Source of the DNA: Squalus acanthias
Lineage: Eukaryota
Assembly (NCBI GenBank): GCA_030390025.1
Contig: JASTWF010000354.1
Location: 310,001-374,000 of the forward strand
Reading direction: 5' to 3'
DNA length: 64,000 nt
In this document: positions 34,362 to 45,499 of the stretch, piece by piece
Position numbering within the stretch: position 1 is the stretch's first letter
How the letters are laid out: each line of letters begins with the position of its first letter
Notes under the pieces: model-generated
Database searches by the model: none
What the model was told of the DNA's origin: nothing
Seen by the model: only the letters and a program-made list of their open reading frames with translations
Program-made: the position numbers and the translations under genes

Positions 34362-37300
34362 TGTTCCCTGGGCTAGGGGTGAGGGAGTCTCACTCCCTCC
34401 AGTCTGTTCCCTGGGCTAGGGGTGAGGGAGTCTCACTCCCTCCAGTCTGTTCCCTGGGCTAGGGGTGAGGGAGTCTCGCTCCCTCCAGACAGTGTCCCCT
34501 GGGCTAGGGTGAGGGAGTCTCGCTCCCTCCAGTCTGTTCCCTGGGCTAGGGGTGAGGGAGTCTCGCTCCCTCCAGACAGTGTTCCCTGGGCTAGGGGTGA
34601 GGGAGTCTCACTCCCTCCAGTCTGTTCCCTGGGCTAGGGGTGAGGGAGTCTCACTCCCTCCAGTCTGTTCCCTGGGCTAGGGGTGAGGGAGTCTCGCTCC
34701 CTCCAGTCTGTTCCCTGGGCTAGGGGTGAGGGAGTCTCGCTCCCTCCAGTCTGTTCCCTGGGCTAGGGGTGAGGGAGTCTCACTCCCTCCAGTCTGTTCC
34801 CTGGGCTAGGGGTGAGGGAGTCTCGCTCCCTCCAGTCTGTTCCCTGGGCTAGGGGTGAGGGAGTCTCGCTCCCTCCAGACAGTGTTCCCTGGGCTAGGGG
34901 TGAGGGAGTCTCGCTCCCTCCAGTCTGTTCCCTGGGCTAGGGGTGAGGGAGTCTCGCTCCCTCCAGTCTGTTCCCTGGGCTAGGGGTGAGGGAGTCTCGC
35001 TCCCTCCAGTCTGTTCCCTGGGCTAGGGGTGAGGGAGTCTCGCTCCCTCCAGTCTGTTCCCTGGGCTAGGGGTGAGGGAGTCTCGCTCCCTCCAGTCTGT
35101 TCCCTGGGCTAGGGGTGAGGGAGTCTCGCTCCCTCCAGTCTGTTCCCTGGGCTAGGGGTGAGGGAGTCTCGCTCCCTCCAGTCTGTTCCCTGGGCTAGGG
35201 ATGAGGGAGTCTACCTCACTCCAGACAGAGTTCCCTGGGCTATGGATGAGGGAGTCTCGCTCCCTCCAGACTGTTCCCTGGGCTAGGTGTGAGGGAGTCT
35301 CGCTCCCTGCAGTCTGTTCCCTGGGCTAGGGAAGAGGGAGTCCCTCTCCTTCCAGTCTGTTCCCTGGGCTAGTGGTGAGGGAGTCTAGCTCACTCCAGAC
35401 AGTGTTCCCTGGGCGAGGGGTGAGGGAGTCTCGCTCCCTCCAGACAGTGTTCCCTGGGCTAGGGGTGAGGGAGTCTCGCTCCCTCCAGTCTGTTCCCTGG
35501 GCTAGGGGTGAGGGAGTCTCGCTCCCTCCAGACAGTGTTCCCTGGACTAGGGGTGTGGGTGTCTCACTCCCTCCAGTCTGTTCCCTGGACTAGGGGTGAG
35601 GGTGTCTCACTCCCTCCAGTCTGTTCCCTGGGCTAGGGGTGAGGGAGTCTCGCTCCCTCCAGTCTGTTCCCTGGGCTAGGGGTGAGGGAGTCTCGCTCCC
35701 TCCAGTCTGTTCCCTGGGCTAGGGGTGAGGGAGTCTCGCTCACTCCAGTCTGTTCCCTGGGCTAGGGGTGAGGGAGTCTCGCTCCCTCCAGACAGTGTCC
35801 CTGGGCTAGGGGTGAGGGAGTCTCGCTCCCTCCAGTCTGTTCCCTTGGCTAGGGGTGAGGGAGTCTCGTTCCCTCCAGTCTGAACCCTGGGCTAGGGGTG
35901 AGGGAGTCTCGCTCCCTCCAGACACTGTTCCCTGGGCTAGGGGTGAGGGAGTCTCACACCCGCCAGTCTGTTCGCTGCGCTTGGGGTGAGGGAGTCTCGC
36001 TCCCTCCAGTCTGTTCCCTGGGCTAGGGGTGAGGGAGTCTCACTCCCTCCAGAATGTGTTCCCTGGACTAGGGGTGAGGGAGTCTCGCTCCCTCCAGACA
36101 GTGTTCCCTGGGCTAGGGGTGAGGGAGTCTCGCTCCCTCCAGTCTGTTCCCTGGGCTAGGGGTGAGGGAGTCTCACTCCCTCCAGTCTGTTCCCTGGGCT
36201 AGGGGTGAGGGAGTCTGGCTCGCTCCAGTCTGTTCCCTGGGCTAGGGGTGAGGGAGTCGAGCTCACTCCAGACAGTGTTCCCTGGGCTAGGGTTGAGGGA
36301 GTCTCGCTTTCTCCAATCTGTTCCCTGGGCTAGGGGTGAGGGAGTCTCGCTCCCTCCAGTCTGTTCCCTGGGCTAGGGGTGAGGGAGTCTCATTCCCTCC
36401 AGACAGTTTTCCCTGGGAAAGGGGTGAGGGAGTCTCGCTCCCTCCAGTCTGTTCCCTGGGCTAGGGGTGAGGAAGTCTCGCTCCCTCCAGTCTGTTCCCT
36501 GGGCTAGGGTTGAGGGAGTCTCGCTCCCTCCAGACAGTGTTCCCTGGGCTAGGGGTGAGGGAGTCTCACTCCCTCCAGTCTGTTCCCTGGGCTAGGGGTG
36601 AGTGAGTCTCGCTCCCTCCAGACATTGTTCCCTGGGCTAGGGGTGAGGGATTCACGCCCCCTCCAGTCTGTTCCCTGGGCTAGGGGTGAGGGAATCTCGC
36701 TCCCTCCAGTCTGTTCCCTGGGCTAGGGGTGAGGGAGTCTCGCTCCCTCCAATCTGTTCCCTGGGCTAGGGATGAGGGAGTCGAGCTCACTCCAGACAGT
36801 GTTCCCTGGGCTAGGGATGAGGGAGTCCAGCTCAGTCCAGACAGTGTTCCCTTGTCTAGGGGTGAGGGAGTCCAGCTCACTCCAGACAGTGTTCCCTGGG
36901 CTAGGGGTGAGGGAGTCTCGCTCCTTCCAGTCTGTTCCCTGGGCTAGGGTTGAGGGAGTCTCGCTCCCTCCAGTCTGTTCCCTGGACTAGGGGTGAAGGA
37001 GTCTCACTCCCTCCAGACAGTGTTCCCTGGGCTAGGGGTGAGGGAGTCTCGCTCCCTCCAGTCTGTTCCCTGAGCTAGGGGTGAGGGAGTCTCGCTCCCT
37101 CCAGTCTGTTCCCTGGGCTAGGGCTGAGGGATTCTCGCTCCCTCCAGTCCGTTTCCAGGGCTATGGGTGAGGGAGTCTCACTCCCTCCAGTGTGTTCCCT
37201 GGGCTAGGGGTGAGGGAGTCTCGCTCCCTCCAGCCTGTTCCCTGGGCTAGGGGTGAGGGAGTCTAGCTCACTCAGACAGTGTTCCCTGGGCTAGGGTGAG

Positions 37301-37628
37301 GGAGTCTCGCTCACTCCAGTCTGTTCCCTGGGCTAGGGGTGAGGGAGTCTCGCTCCCTCCAGTCTGTTCCCTGGGCTAGGGGTGAGGGAGTCTCGCTCCC
37401 TCCAGTCTGTTCCCTGGGCTAGGGGTGAGGGAGTCTCGCTCCCTCCAGTCTGTTCCCTGGGCTAGGGGTGAGGGAGTCCCGCTCCCTCCAGTCTGTTCCC
37501 TGGGCTAGGGGTGAGGGAGTCTCGCTCCCTCCAGTCTGTTCCCTGGGCTAGGGGTGAGGGAGTCTCGCTCCCTCCAGTCTGTTCCCTGGGCTAGGAGTGA
37601 GGGAGTCTCGCTCCCTCCAGTCTGTTCC
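34362..37628. repeat. 43/45-bp minisatellite (~75 units)
   Basis: Unit GTCTGTTCCCTGGGCTAGGGGTGAGGGAGTCTCGCTCCCTCCA; variant GACAGTGTTCCC is 2 bp longer. Confidence 0.96.
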
Positions 37629-37964
37629 TGAGGTTGTGTGAGCTTTGTGATAATGATGTGTTCTGAATGATCTCACATCACTTGTGGCAGTTTAAACAAT
37701 GAGCTGATTTAGTGAATCTTATCCAAGCGGAACCTCCAGCGCTGAGTTATAGATCAGGATCGGTGATGTTCAATTGTGCTTCAAACACCCTCTGTGGGCT
37801 GTGAGTAATAAATGGAGTTTTATGGCACACTCGCTGTAACAGGACAGCAGTAAACCGGGTAAGGACGGCAGGTTTCCTCCCCTAAAGGACATCAGGGAAC
37901 CAGTTGGGTTTTTACAACAATCTGACAGATTCATGGTCACTTTCAGAGACCAGATTTTTATTTT

Positions 37965-40900
37965 CTTTCGAAATAGTGCTGTGGGATTATCTGAGAGGGC
38001 AGATGGGGCCTCGATTTAACATCTTACACGAAAGGCGGCACCTTTTACAGTGCGGCGCTCCCTCAGTACTGCCCCTCCGACAGTGCAGCACTCCCTCAGT
38101 TCTGCCCCTCCGACAGTACAGCACTCCCTCAGTACTGCCCCTCCGACAGTGCAGCACTCCCTCAGTACTGCGCCTCCAACAGTGCAGCACTCCCTCAGTA
38201 CTGCGCCTCCAACAGTGCAGCGCTCCCTCAGTACTGCCCCTCGACAGTGCAGCACTCCCTCAGTACTGCCCCTCCAACAGTGCAGCGCTCCCTCAGTACT
38301 GCCCCTCCGACAGTGCAGCGATCCCTCAGTACTGCTCCTCCGACAGTGCAGCGCTCCCTCAGTACTGCTCCTCCGACAGTGCAGCGCTCCCTCTGTACTG
38401 TCTCTCCGACAGTGCAGCACTCCCTCAGTACTGCCTCTCTGACAGTGCAGCGCTCCCTCAGTACAGCCCCTCTAACAGTGCAGCGCTCCCTCAGTACTGC
38501 CCCTCCAACAGTGCAAAGCTACCTCAGTACTCTCCCTCCGACAGTGCAGCGCACCCTCAGTACTGCCCCTCCAACAGTGCAGCGATTCCTCAGTACTGCC
38601 CGTCCGACAGTGCAGCACTCCCTCAATATTGTACCTCTAACAGTGCAGTACTTCCTCAGGACTGTCCCTCCGACAATGCAGCACTCCCTCAGTCCTGCCC
38701 GTCCGACAGTGCAGCACTCCCTCAATATTGTCCCTCCAGCAGTGCAGCACTCCCTCAGTGCTGACACTCCGACAGTGCAGCGCTGCCTCAGTAAAGACCC
38801 TCCGACAGTGCAGCGCTCCCGCAGTAAAGCCCCTCCGACAGTGCGGCGCTCCCTCAGTACTGCTCTTCCGACAGTGCAGCACTCCCTCAGTACTGCCCCT
38901 CCGACGGTGCAGCGATTCCTCAGTACTGCTCTTCCGACAGCGCAGCACTCCCTCAGTACTGCTCTTCCGACAGTGCAGCGCTCCCTCAGTACTGTCTCTC
39001 CAACAGTGCAGCACTCCCTCAGTACTGCTCCTCAGACAGTGCAGCACTCCCTCAGTACTGTCCCTCCGACAGTGCGGCACTCCCTCAGTACAGCCCCGCT
39101 AACAGTGCAGCTTTCCCTCAGTACTGCACATTCGACAGTGCAGCGCTCCCTCAGTACTCTCCCTCCGACAGTGCAGCTCTCCCTCAGTCCTGCCCGTCCG
39201 ACAGTGCAGCACTCCCTCAATATTGTCCCTCCAACAGTGCAGCACTTCCTCAGGACTGTCCCTCCAGCAGTGCAGCACTCCCTCAGTACTGCCCCTCCGA
39301 CAGTGCAGCGCTCCCTCAGGACTGCCCTTCCGACAGTGTAGCGTTCCCGCAGTACTCCCCCTCCGACAGTGCAGCACTCCCTCAGTACTGCCCCTCCGAC
39401 AGTGCAGCTCTCCCTCAGTACTGACCCACCGACAATGCAGCACTGCCTCGGTACTGTCCAATCGACACTGCAGCGCTCCCTCAGTACTGCCCCTCCGACA
39501 GTGCAGCGCTCCCTCAGTACCTCCCCACCAACAGTGTAGTGCTCCCTCAGTACTGACGTTCTGACAGTGCAGCACTCCCTTTGTGCTGCCCCTCCGACAG
39601 TGCAGCGCTCCCTCAGTACTGCCCCTCCGACAGTGCAGCGCTCCCTCAGTACTGCTACTCCGACACTGCAGCGCTCCCTCAGTTCTGCCTCTCCGACAGT
39701 GCAGCGCTCCCTCAGTACTCTCCCTCCGACAATGCAGCACTCCCTCAGTCCTGCCCGTCCGACAGTGCAGCACTCCCTCAATATTGTCCCTCCAACAGTG
39801 CAGCATTTCCTCAGGACTGTCCCTCCAGCAGTGCAGCACTCCCTCAGTGCTGACCCTCCGACAGTGCAGCGCTGCCTCAGTAATGACCCTCCGACAGTGC
39901 AGCGCTCCCTCAGGACTGCCCTTCCGACAGTGCAGCGTTCCCGCAGTACTCCCCCTCTGACAGTGCAGCACTCCCTCAGTACTGCCCCTCCGACAGTGCA
40001 GCGCTCCCTCAGTACTGACCCTCCGACAATGCAGCGCTGCCTCGGTACTGTCCAATCGACACTGCAGCGCTCCCTCAGTACTGCCCCTCCGACAGTGCAG
40101 CGCTCCCTCAGTACCTCCCCACCAACAGAGTAGTGCTACCTCAGTACTGACGTTCTGACAGTGCAGCACTCCCTTTGTGCTGCCCCTCCGACAGTGCAGC
40201 GCTCCCTCAGTACTCAGTACTACCCCTCCGACAGTGCAGCACGCCCTCAGTACTGTCCCTCCAACTTTGAAGCGCTCCCTCAGTACTGCTTCTCCGACAG
40301 CGCAGCGCTCCCTCAGTACCTCCCCACCGACAGGCCAGCGCTGCCTCAGTAATGCCCCTCCGACAGTGCAGCATTCCCTCTCTACTGCCCTTTCGACAGT
40401 GCAGCGCTCCCTCAGTACTGACCCTCCGACAGGTGCAGTGCTCCCTCAGTAATGCCCCTCCGACAGTGCAGCCCTCCCTCAGTACTTTTGTTCCGACAGT
40501 GCTGCGCTGCCTCAGTACTGCCCCTCCGACGATGCAGCGCTCCCTCAGTACTGCCCCGCCGACAGTGCAGCGCTGCCTCAGTACTGCCCTCTGACAATGC
40601 AGCACTCCCTCAGTACTGCCCCTCCGACAGTGCAGCGCTGCCTCAGTACTGCCCCTCCGACAATGCAGTACTCCCTCAGTACTGCCTCCCCCGACAGTGC
40701 AGCGCTGCCTCAGTACTGCCCCTCCGACAATGCAGCGCTCCCTCAGTACAGCCCCTCCGACAATGCAGCACTCCCTCAGTACTGCCCCTCCGACCGTGCA
40801 GCGCTGCCTCAGTACTGCTCCTCCGACATTGCAGCTCTCCCTCAGTTCTGCCCCTCCGACAGTGCATCGCTCCCTCAGTACTACCCCTCCGACAGCGCAA

Positions 40901-43900
40901 CATGCCTCAGTATTGCACCACCAACAGTGCAGCGCTCACTCTGTAATGCCCGTCCGATAGTGCAGCGTTCCCTCAGCACTACCCATATGACATGACAATG
41001 CAGCGTTTCCTCAGTACTAAACTTCCGACAATGCAGCAGTCCCTCAGTAGAGCCCCACCTACAGTGCAGTGCTCCCTCAGTACTGCTTCTCCGACAGTGC
41101 AGCCCTCGCTCAGTACAGCCCCTCCGAGAGTGCAGCACTCCCTCAGTGCTGACCCTCCGACAGTGCAGAGCACCCTCAGTACTGCCCCACCAACAGTGCA
41201 GCGCTCCCTCAGTATTCTCCCTCCGACTTTGAAGCGCTCCCTCAGTACTGCTTCTCCGACTGCGCAGCGCTCCCTCAGTACCTCCCCACCGACAGGCCAG
41301 CGCTGCCTCAGTGATGCCTCTCCGACAGTGCAGCATTCCCTCTCTGCTGCCCCACCGACAGTGCAGCGCTGCCTCTGTACTTTTGTTCCGACAGTGCAGT
41401 GCTCCCTCAGTACTGCCCCTCCGACAATGCAGCGCTCCCTCAGTACTGCCCCCCGACAGTGCAGCGCTGCCTCAGTACTGCCCCTCCGACATTGCAGCTC
41501 TCCCTCAGTACTGCCCATCCGACAATGCAGCGCTCCCTCAGTACTGCCCCCCCCCGACAGTGCAGCGCTGCCTCAGTACTGCCGCTCCGACAATGCAGCG
41601 CTCCCTCAGTACTGCCCCTCCGACAATGCAGCACTCCCTCAGTACTGCCACTCCAACAGTGCAGCGCTGCATCAGTACTGCTCCTCCGACATTGCAGCTC
41701 TCCCTCAGTTCTGCCCCTCCGACAGTGCAGCGCTCCCTCAGTACTATCCAACCGACAGTGTATCGCTCCCTCAGTACTATCCAACCGACAGTGCATCGCT
41801 CCCTCAGTACTACCACTCCGACAGTGCAACATGCCTCAGTATTGCACCACCAACAGTGCAGCGCTGACTCTGTAATGCCCGTCCGATAGTGCAGTGTTCC
41901 CTCAGCACTACCCATATGACAGTACAGCGTTTCCTCAGTACTAACCTTCCGACAGTGCAGCAGTCCCTCAGTACAGCCCCACCTACAGTGCAGTGCTCCC
42001 CCAGTACTGCTTCTCCGACAGTGCAGCCCTCGCTCAGTACAGCCCCTCCGAGAGTGCAGCACTCTCTCAGTGCTGACCCTCCGACAGTGCAGAGCACCCT
42101 CAGTACTGCCCCACCAACAGTGCAGCGCTCCCTCAGTATTCTCCCTCCGACAGTGCAGCACTCCCTCAGTACTGCCCCTCCGACTGTGCAGCGCTGCCTC
42201 AGTACGGTCCCTCCGACAGTGCAGCTTTCCCTCAGTACTGCCCCTCTCACAGTGCAGCACTCCCTTAGTACTGCCGCTCCAACAGTGCAGCACTCCCTCA
42301 GTACTGACCGTCTGACAGTGCAGCGCTCCCTCAGTACTGTCCAACCAACAGTGCAGCGCTCCCTCAGTACTGCCCATCTAACAGTGCAGCACTCCCTCAA
42401 TACTACTCCTCCGACAGTGCAGCTCTCCCTCAGTACTGCCCCACCAACAGTGCAGTGCTCCCTCAGTACTGCCCTGCTGAAAGTGCAGCACGCCCTCAGT
42501 ACTGCCCCTGCAACAGTGCAGCGCTCCCTCAGTCCTACTTCTCCGACAGTGCAGCATCCCTCAGTACTGCCCCTGCAACAGTGCAGCACTCCCTCTCTAC
42601 TGCCCTTTCGACAGTGCCGCACTCCCTCAGTACTGCCCCTCCGACATGGCAGCGCTCTCTCAGTACTGCCCATCTAACAGTGCCGCACTCCCTTAGTACT
42701 GCCGAACCGACAGTGCAGCGCTCTCTCAGTACTGCCCATCTAACAGTGCAGCACTCCCTTAGTACTGCCAAACCGACACTGCAGCGCTCCCTCAGTTCTG
42801 CCTCTCCGACAGTGCAGTGCTGCCTCAGTACTGCCCCACCTACATTTCAGCGATCCCTCTGTACTGCCCTTTCGACAGTGCAGCCCGCCCTCAGTACTGC
42901 CCCTCCAACAAGGCAGCGCTCTCTCAGTACTGCCCTGCCAACAGTGCAGCACTCCCTCAGTAATGCCCCTCCGACAGTGCAGCGCTCCCTCAGTACTGAC
43001 CCTCCGACAATGCAGCGCTGCCTCAGTACTGTCCAATCGACAGTGCAGCGCTCCGTCAGTACTGTCCTTCCGACAGTGCAGCACTCCCTCAGTACTGCCC
43101 CTCCGACAGTGCAGCGCTCCCTCAGTACCGCCCCACCGACAGTGCAGTGCTCCCTCAGTACTGTTGTTCCGACAGTGCAGCGCTGCCTCAAGACTGCCCC
43201 TCCGACAATGCAGCGCTCCCGCAGTACTGCCCCTCTGACAGTGCAGCCCTCCCTTAATACTGCCCCTTCGACAGTGCAGCACTCCCTCAGTACTGACCGT
43301 CCGACAGTGCAGTGCTCCCTCAGTACTGTCCAACCGACAGTTCAGCGTTCCCTCAGTACTGCCCCTCCGACAGTGCAGCGGTCCCTCAGTACTGCCCCTC
43401 TGACTGTGCAGCACTCCCTCAGTACTGCATCTCCGACAGTGCAGCGGTCCCTCAGTACTGCCCCTCGGACAGTGCAGCGCTCCCGCAGTACTGGCCCACC
43501 AACAGTGCAGCGCTGCATCAGTTCTGACCCTCCAACAGTGCAGCGCTCCGTCAGTACTGCCCCTCCGACAGTGCTGCACTCCCACAGTGCTGCCCCTCCG
43601 ACATTGCAGCGCTGCCTCAGTACTGCCCCTCCGACAGTGCAGCACTCCCTCAGTACTGCCCCTCTGACAGTGCAGCACTCCCTTCGTGCTGCCCTTCGAC
43701 AGTGCAGCACTCCCTCAGTACTGACCGTCCGACAGTGCAGTGCTCCCTCAGTACTGTCCAACCGACAGTTCAGCGTTCCCTCAGTACTGCCCCTCCGACA
43801 GTGCAGCGGTCCCTCAGTACTGCCCCTCTGACTGTGCAGCACTCCCTCAGTACTGCCCCTCCGACAGTGCAGCTCTCCCTCAGTACTGCCCTCCGACAGT

Positions 43901-44881
43901 ACAGCGCTCCCTCAGTACTGCCCCTCCGACAGTGCAGCACTCCCTCAGTACTGCATCTCCGACAGTGCAGCGGTCCCTCAGTACTGCCCCTCGGACAGTG
44001 CAGCGCTCCCGCAGTACTGGCCCACCAACAGTGCAGCGCTGCATCAGTTCTGACCCTCCAACAGTGCAGCGCTCCGTCAGTACTGCCCCTCCGACAGTGC
44101 TGCACTCCCTCAGTGCTGCCCCTCCGACATTGCAGCGCTGCCTCAGTACTGCATCTCCGACAGTGCAGCACTCCCTCAGTACTGCCCCTCTGACAGTGCA
44201 GCACTCCCTTCGTGCTGCCCTTCGACAGTGCAGCACTCCCTCAGTACTGCCCGTCCGACAGTGCAGTGCTCCCTCAGTACTGTCCAACCGACAGTGCAGC
44301 ACTCCCTCAGTACTGCCCCTCCGACAGTGCAGTGGTCCCTCAGTACTGCCTCTCCGACAGTACAGCGCTACCTCAGTACTGCCCCTCCGACAGTGCAGCA
44401 CTCCCTCAGTACTGTCCCTCCGACAGTGCAGCTCTCCCTCAGTACTGCCCCTCCGACAGTGCAGCACTCCCTCAGTACTGCCTCTCCGACAGTACAGCTC
44501 TCCCTCAGTACTGCCCCTCCGACAGTGTAGCGCTCCCACAGTACTGCCCCTCCGACAGTGCAGCACTCCCTCAGTACTGCCCCTCTGACAGTGCAGCACT
44601 CCCTTCGTGCTGCCCTCCGACAGTGCAGCACTCCCTCAGTACTGCCTCTCCGACAGTACAGCTCTCCCTCAGTACTGCCCCTCCGACAGTGTAGCGCTCC
44701 CACAGTACTGCCCCTCCAACAGTGCAGCACTCCCTCAGTACTGCCCCCTGACAGTGCGAGCTCCCTCAGTACTGCACTGGGAATGTTAACCTGGATTATG
44801 TGTTCAAGTCTCGGGAGTGGGATTGAACCCACGACCTTCTGACTCAGAGGCGAGAGTGCTGCTCACTGAGCCAAGCTGACA
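37965..44881 (-). mobile_element. Deu-SINE (minus) inflated by a ~6.7-kb 33-bp array
   Basis: Head at 44780-44881 (box A TGGCTCAGTGAG, box B GGTTCAATCCC on minus); Deu core at 37965-38045. Confidence 0.83.
38045..44775 (-). repeat. 33-bp minisatellite (~200 units) with higher-order blocks
   Basis: Plus-strand unit GACAGTGCAGCGCTCCCTCAGTACTGCCCCTCC; variant blocks recur at offsets of 561 and 594 bp (17 and 18 units). Confidence 0.96.
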
Positions 44882-45499
44882 CTGATCCAATAGTTGATCA
44901 GGTGACTCCGTGCAATGGCATCTTTCTGAAATAAACAATCTGCGTGACTTTCTGTAACTAAAGCGGTTTCGGTGTTTAACAGAAGATCTGCTCTCTTCTC
45001 AATGCAGCAGCAGGTTGCTGGAAGGGCCCATTAAGTGAGATGTTGTTGAGAAATTGCGAGCAGGATCGATCCCCTCACACATGGCCAGTGTCAGAGAATG
45101 TGGGGAGGACAGTGAAAGATAATCTGCTTTTATCATCATTTTAGTCTAACTGGGTTTTGCAACATTGAATCCACGGGCAGATCGAACGATGAAACTTTAA
45201 TTTGGGTTAATTAGTGTGACGGAGTTACATGTCGCAGGATGTGTTTTATCTTTGGTTCAATACGAGGTAAATGACCCTGGACTTGGAGGGAAGCAGAAAT
45301 CAATGACGATCAGTGAGTGATTGTGGCCCAATCTGGGTAATTGCAGATTCTGGCAGTGATTTGTATCGGGAGCGTAGGTCCTCGTTTATTGCAAAGCACA
45401 GACTTCACTTTAGTTCGAAGATCTTTCTCTTTCTTTTCAAAAGTAAGGAAGTTATGCTGAACCTTTATAAATCACTGGTGAGGCCCCAGCTGGAGTATT

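Noticed and set aside
34362..37628. CRISPR-like palindromic repeats
   Set aside because: No spacers; a plain minisatellite in eukaryotic DNA
38045..44775. CRISPR array or repeat-protein gene (TVQRSLSTAPP, SAALPQYCPSD, ALHCRRGSTEG ORFs)
   Set aside because: Units are head-to-tail with no unique spacers and no cas genes. ORFs open in several frames on both strands because the unit is 33 bp, and the array lies inside a SINE.
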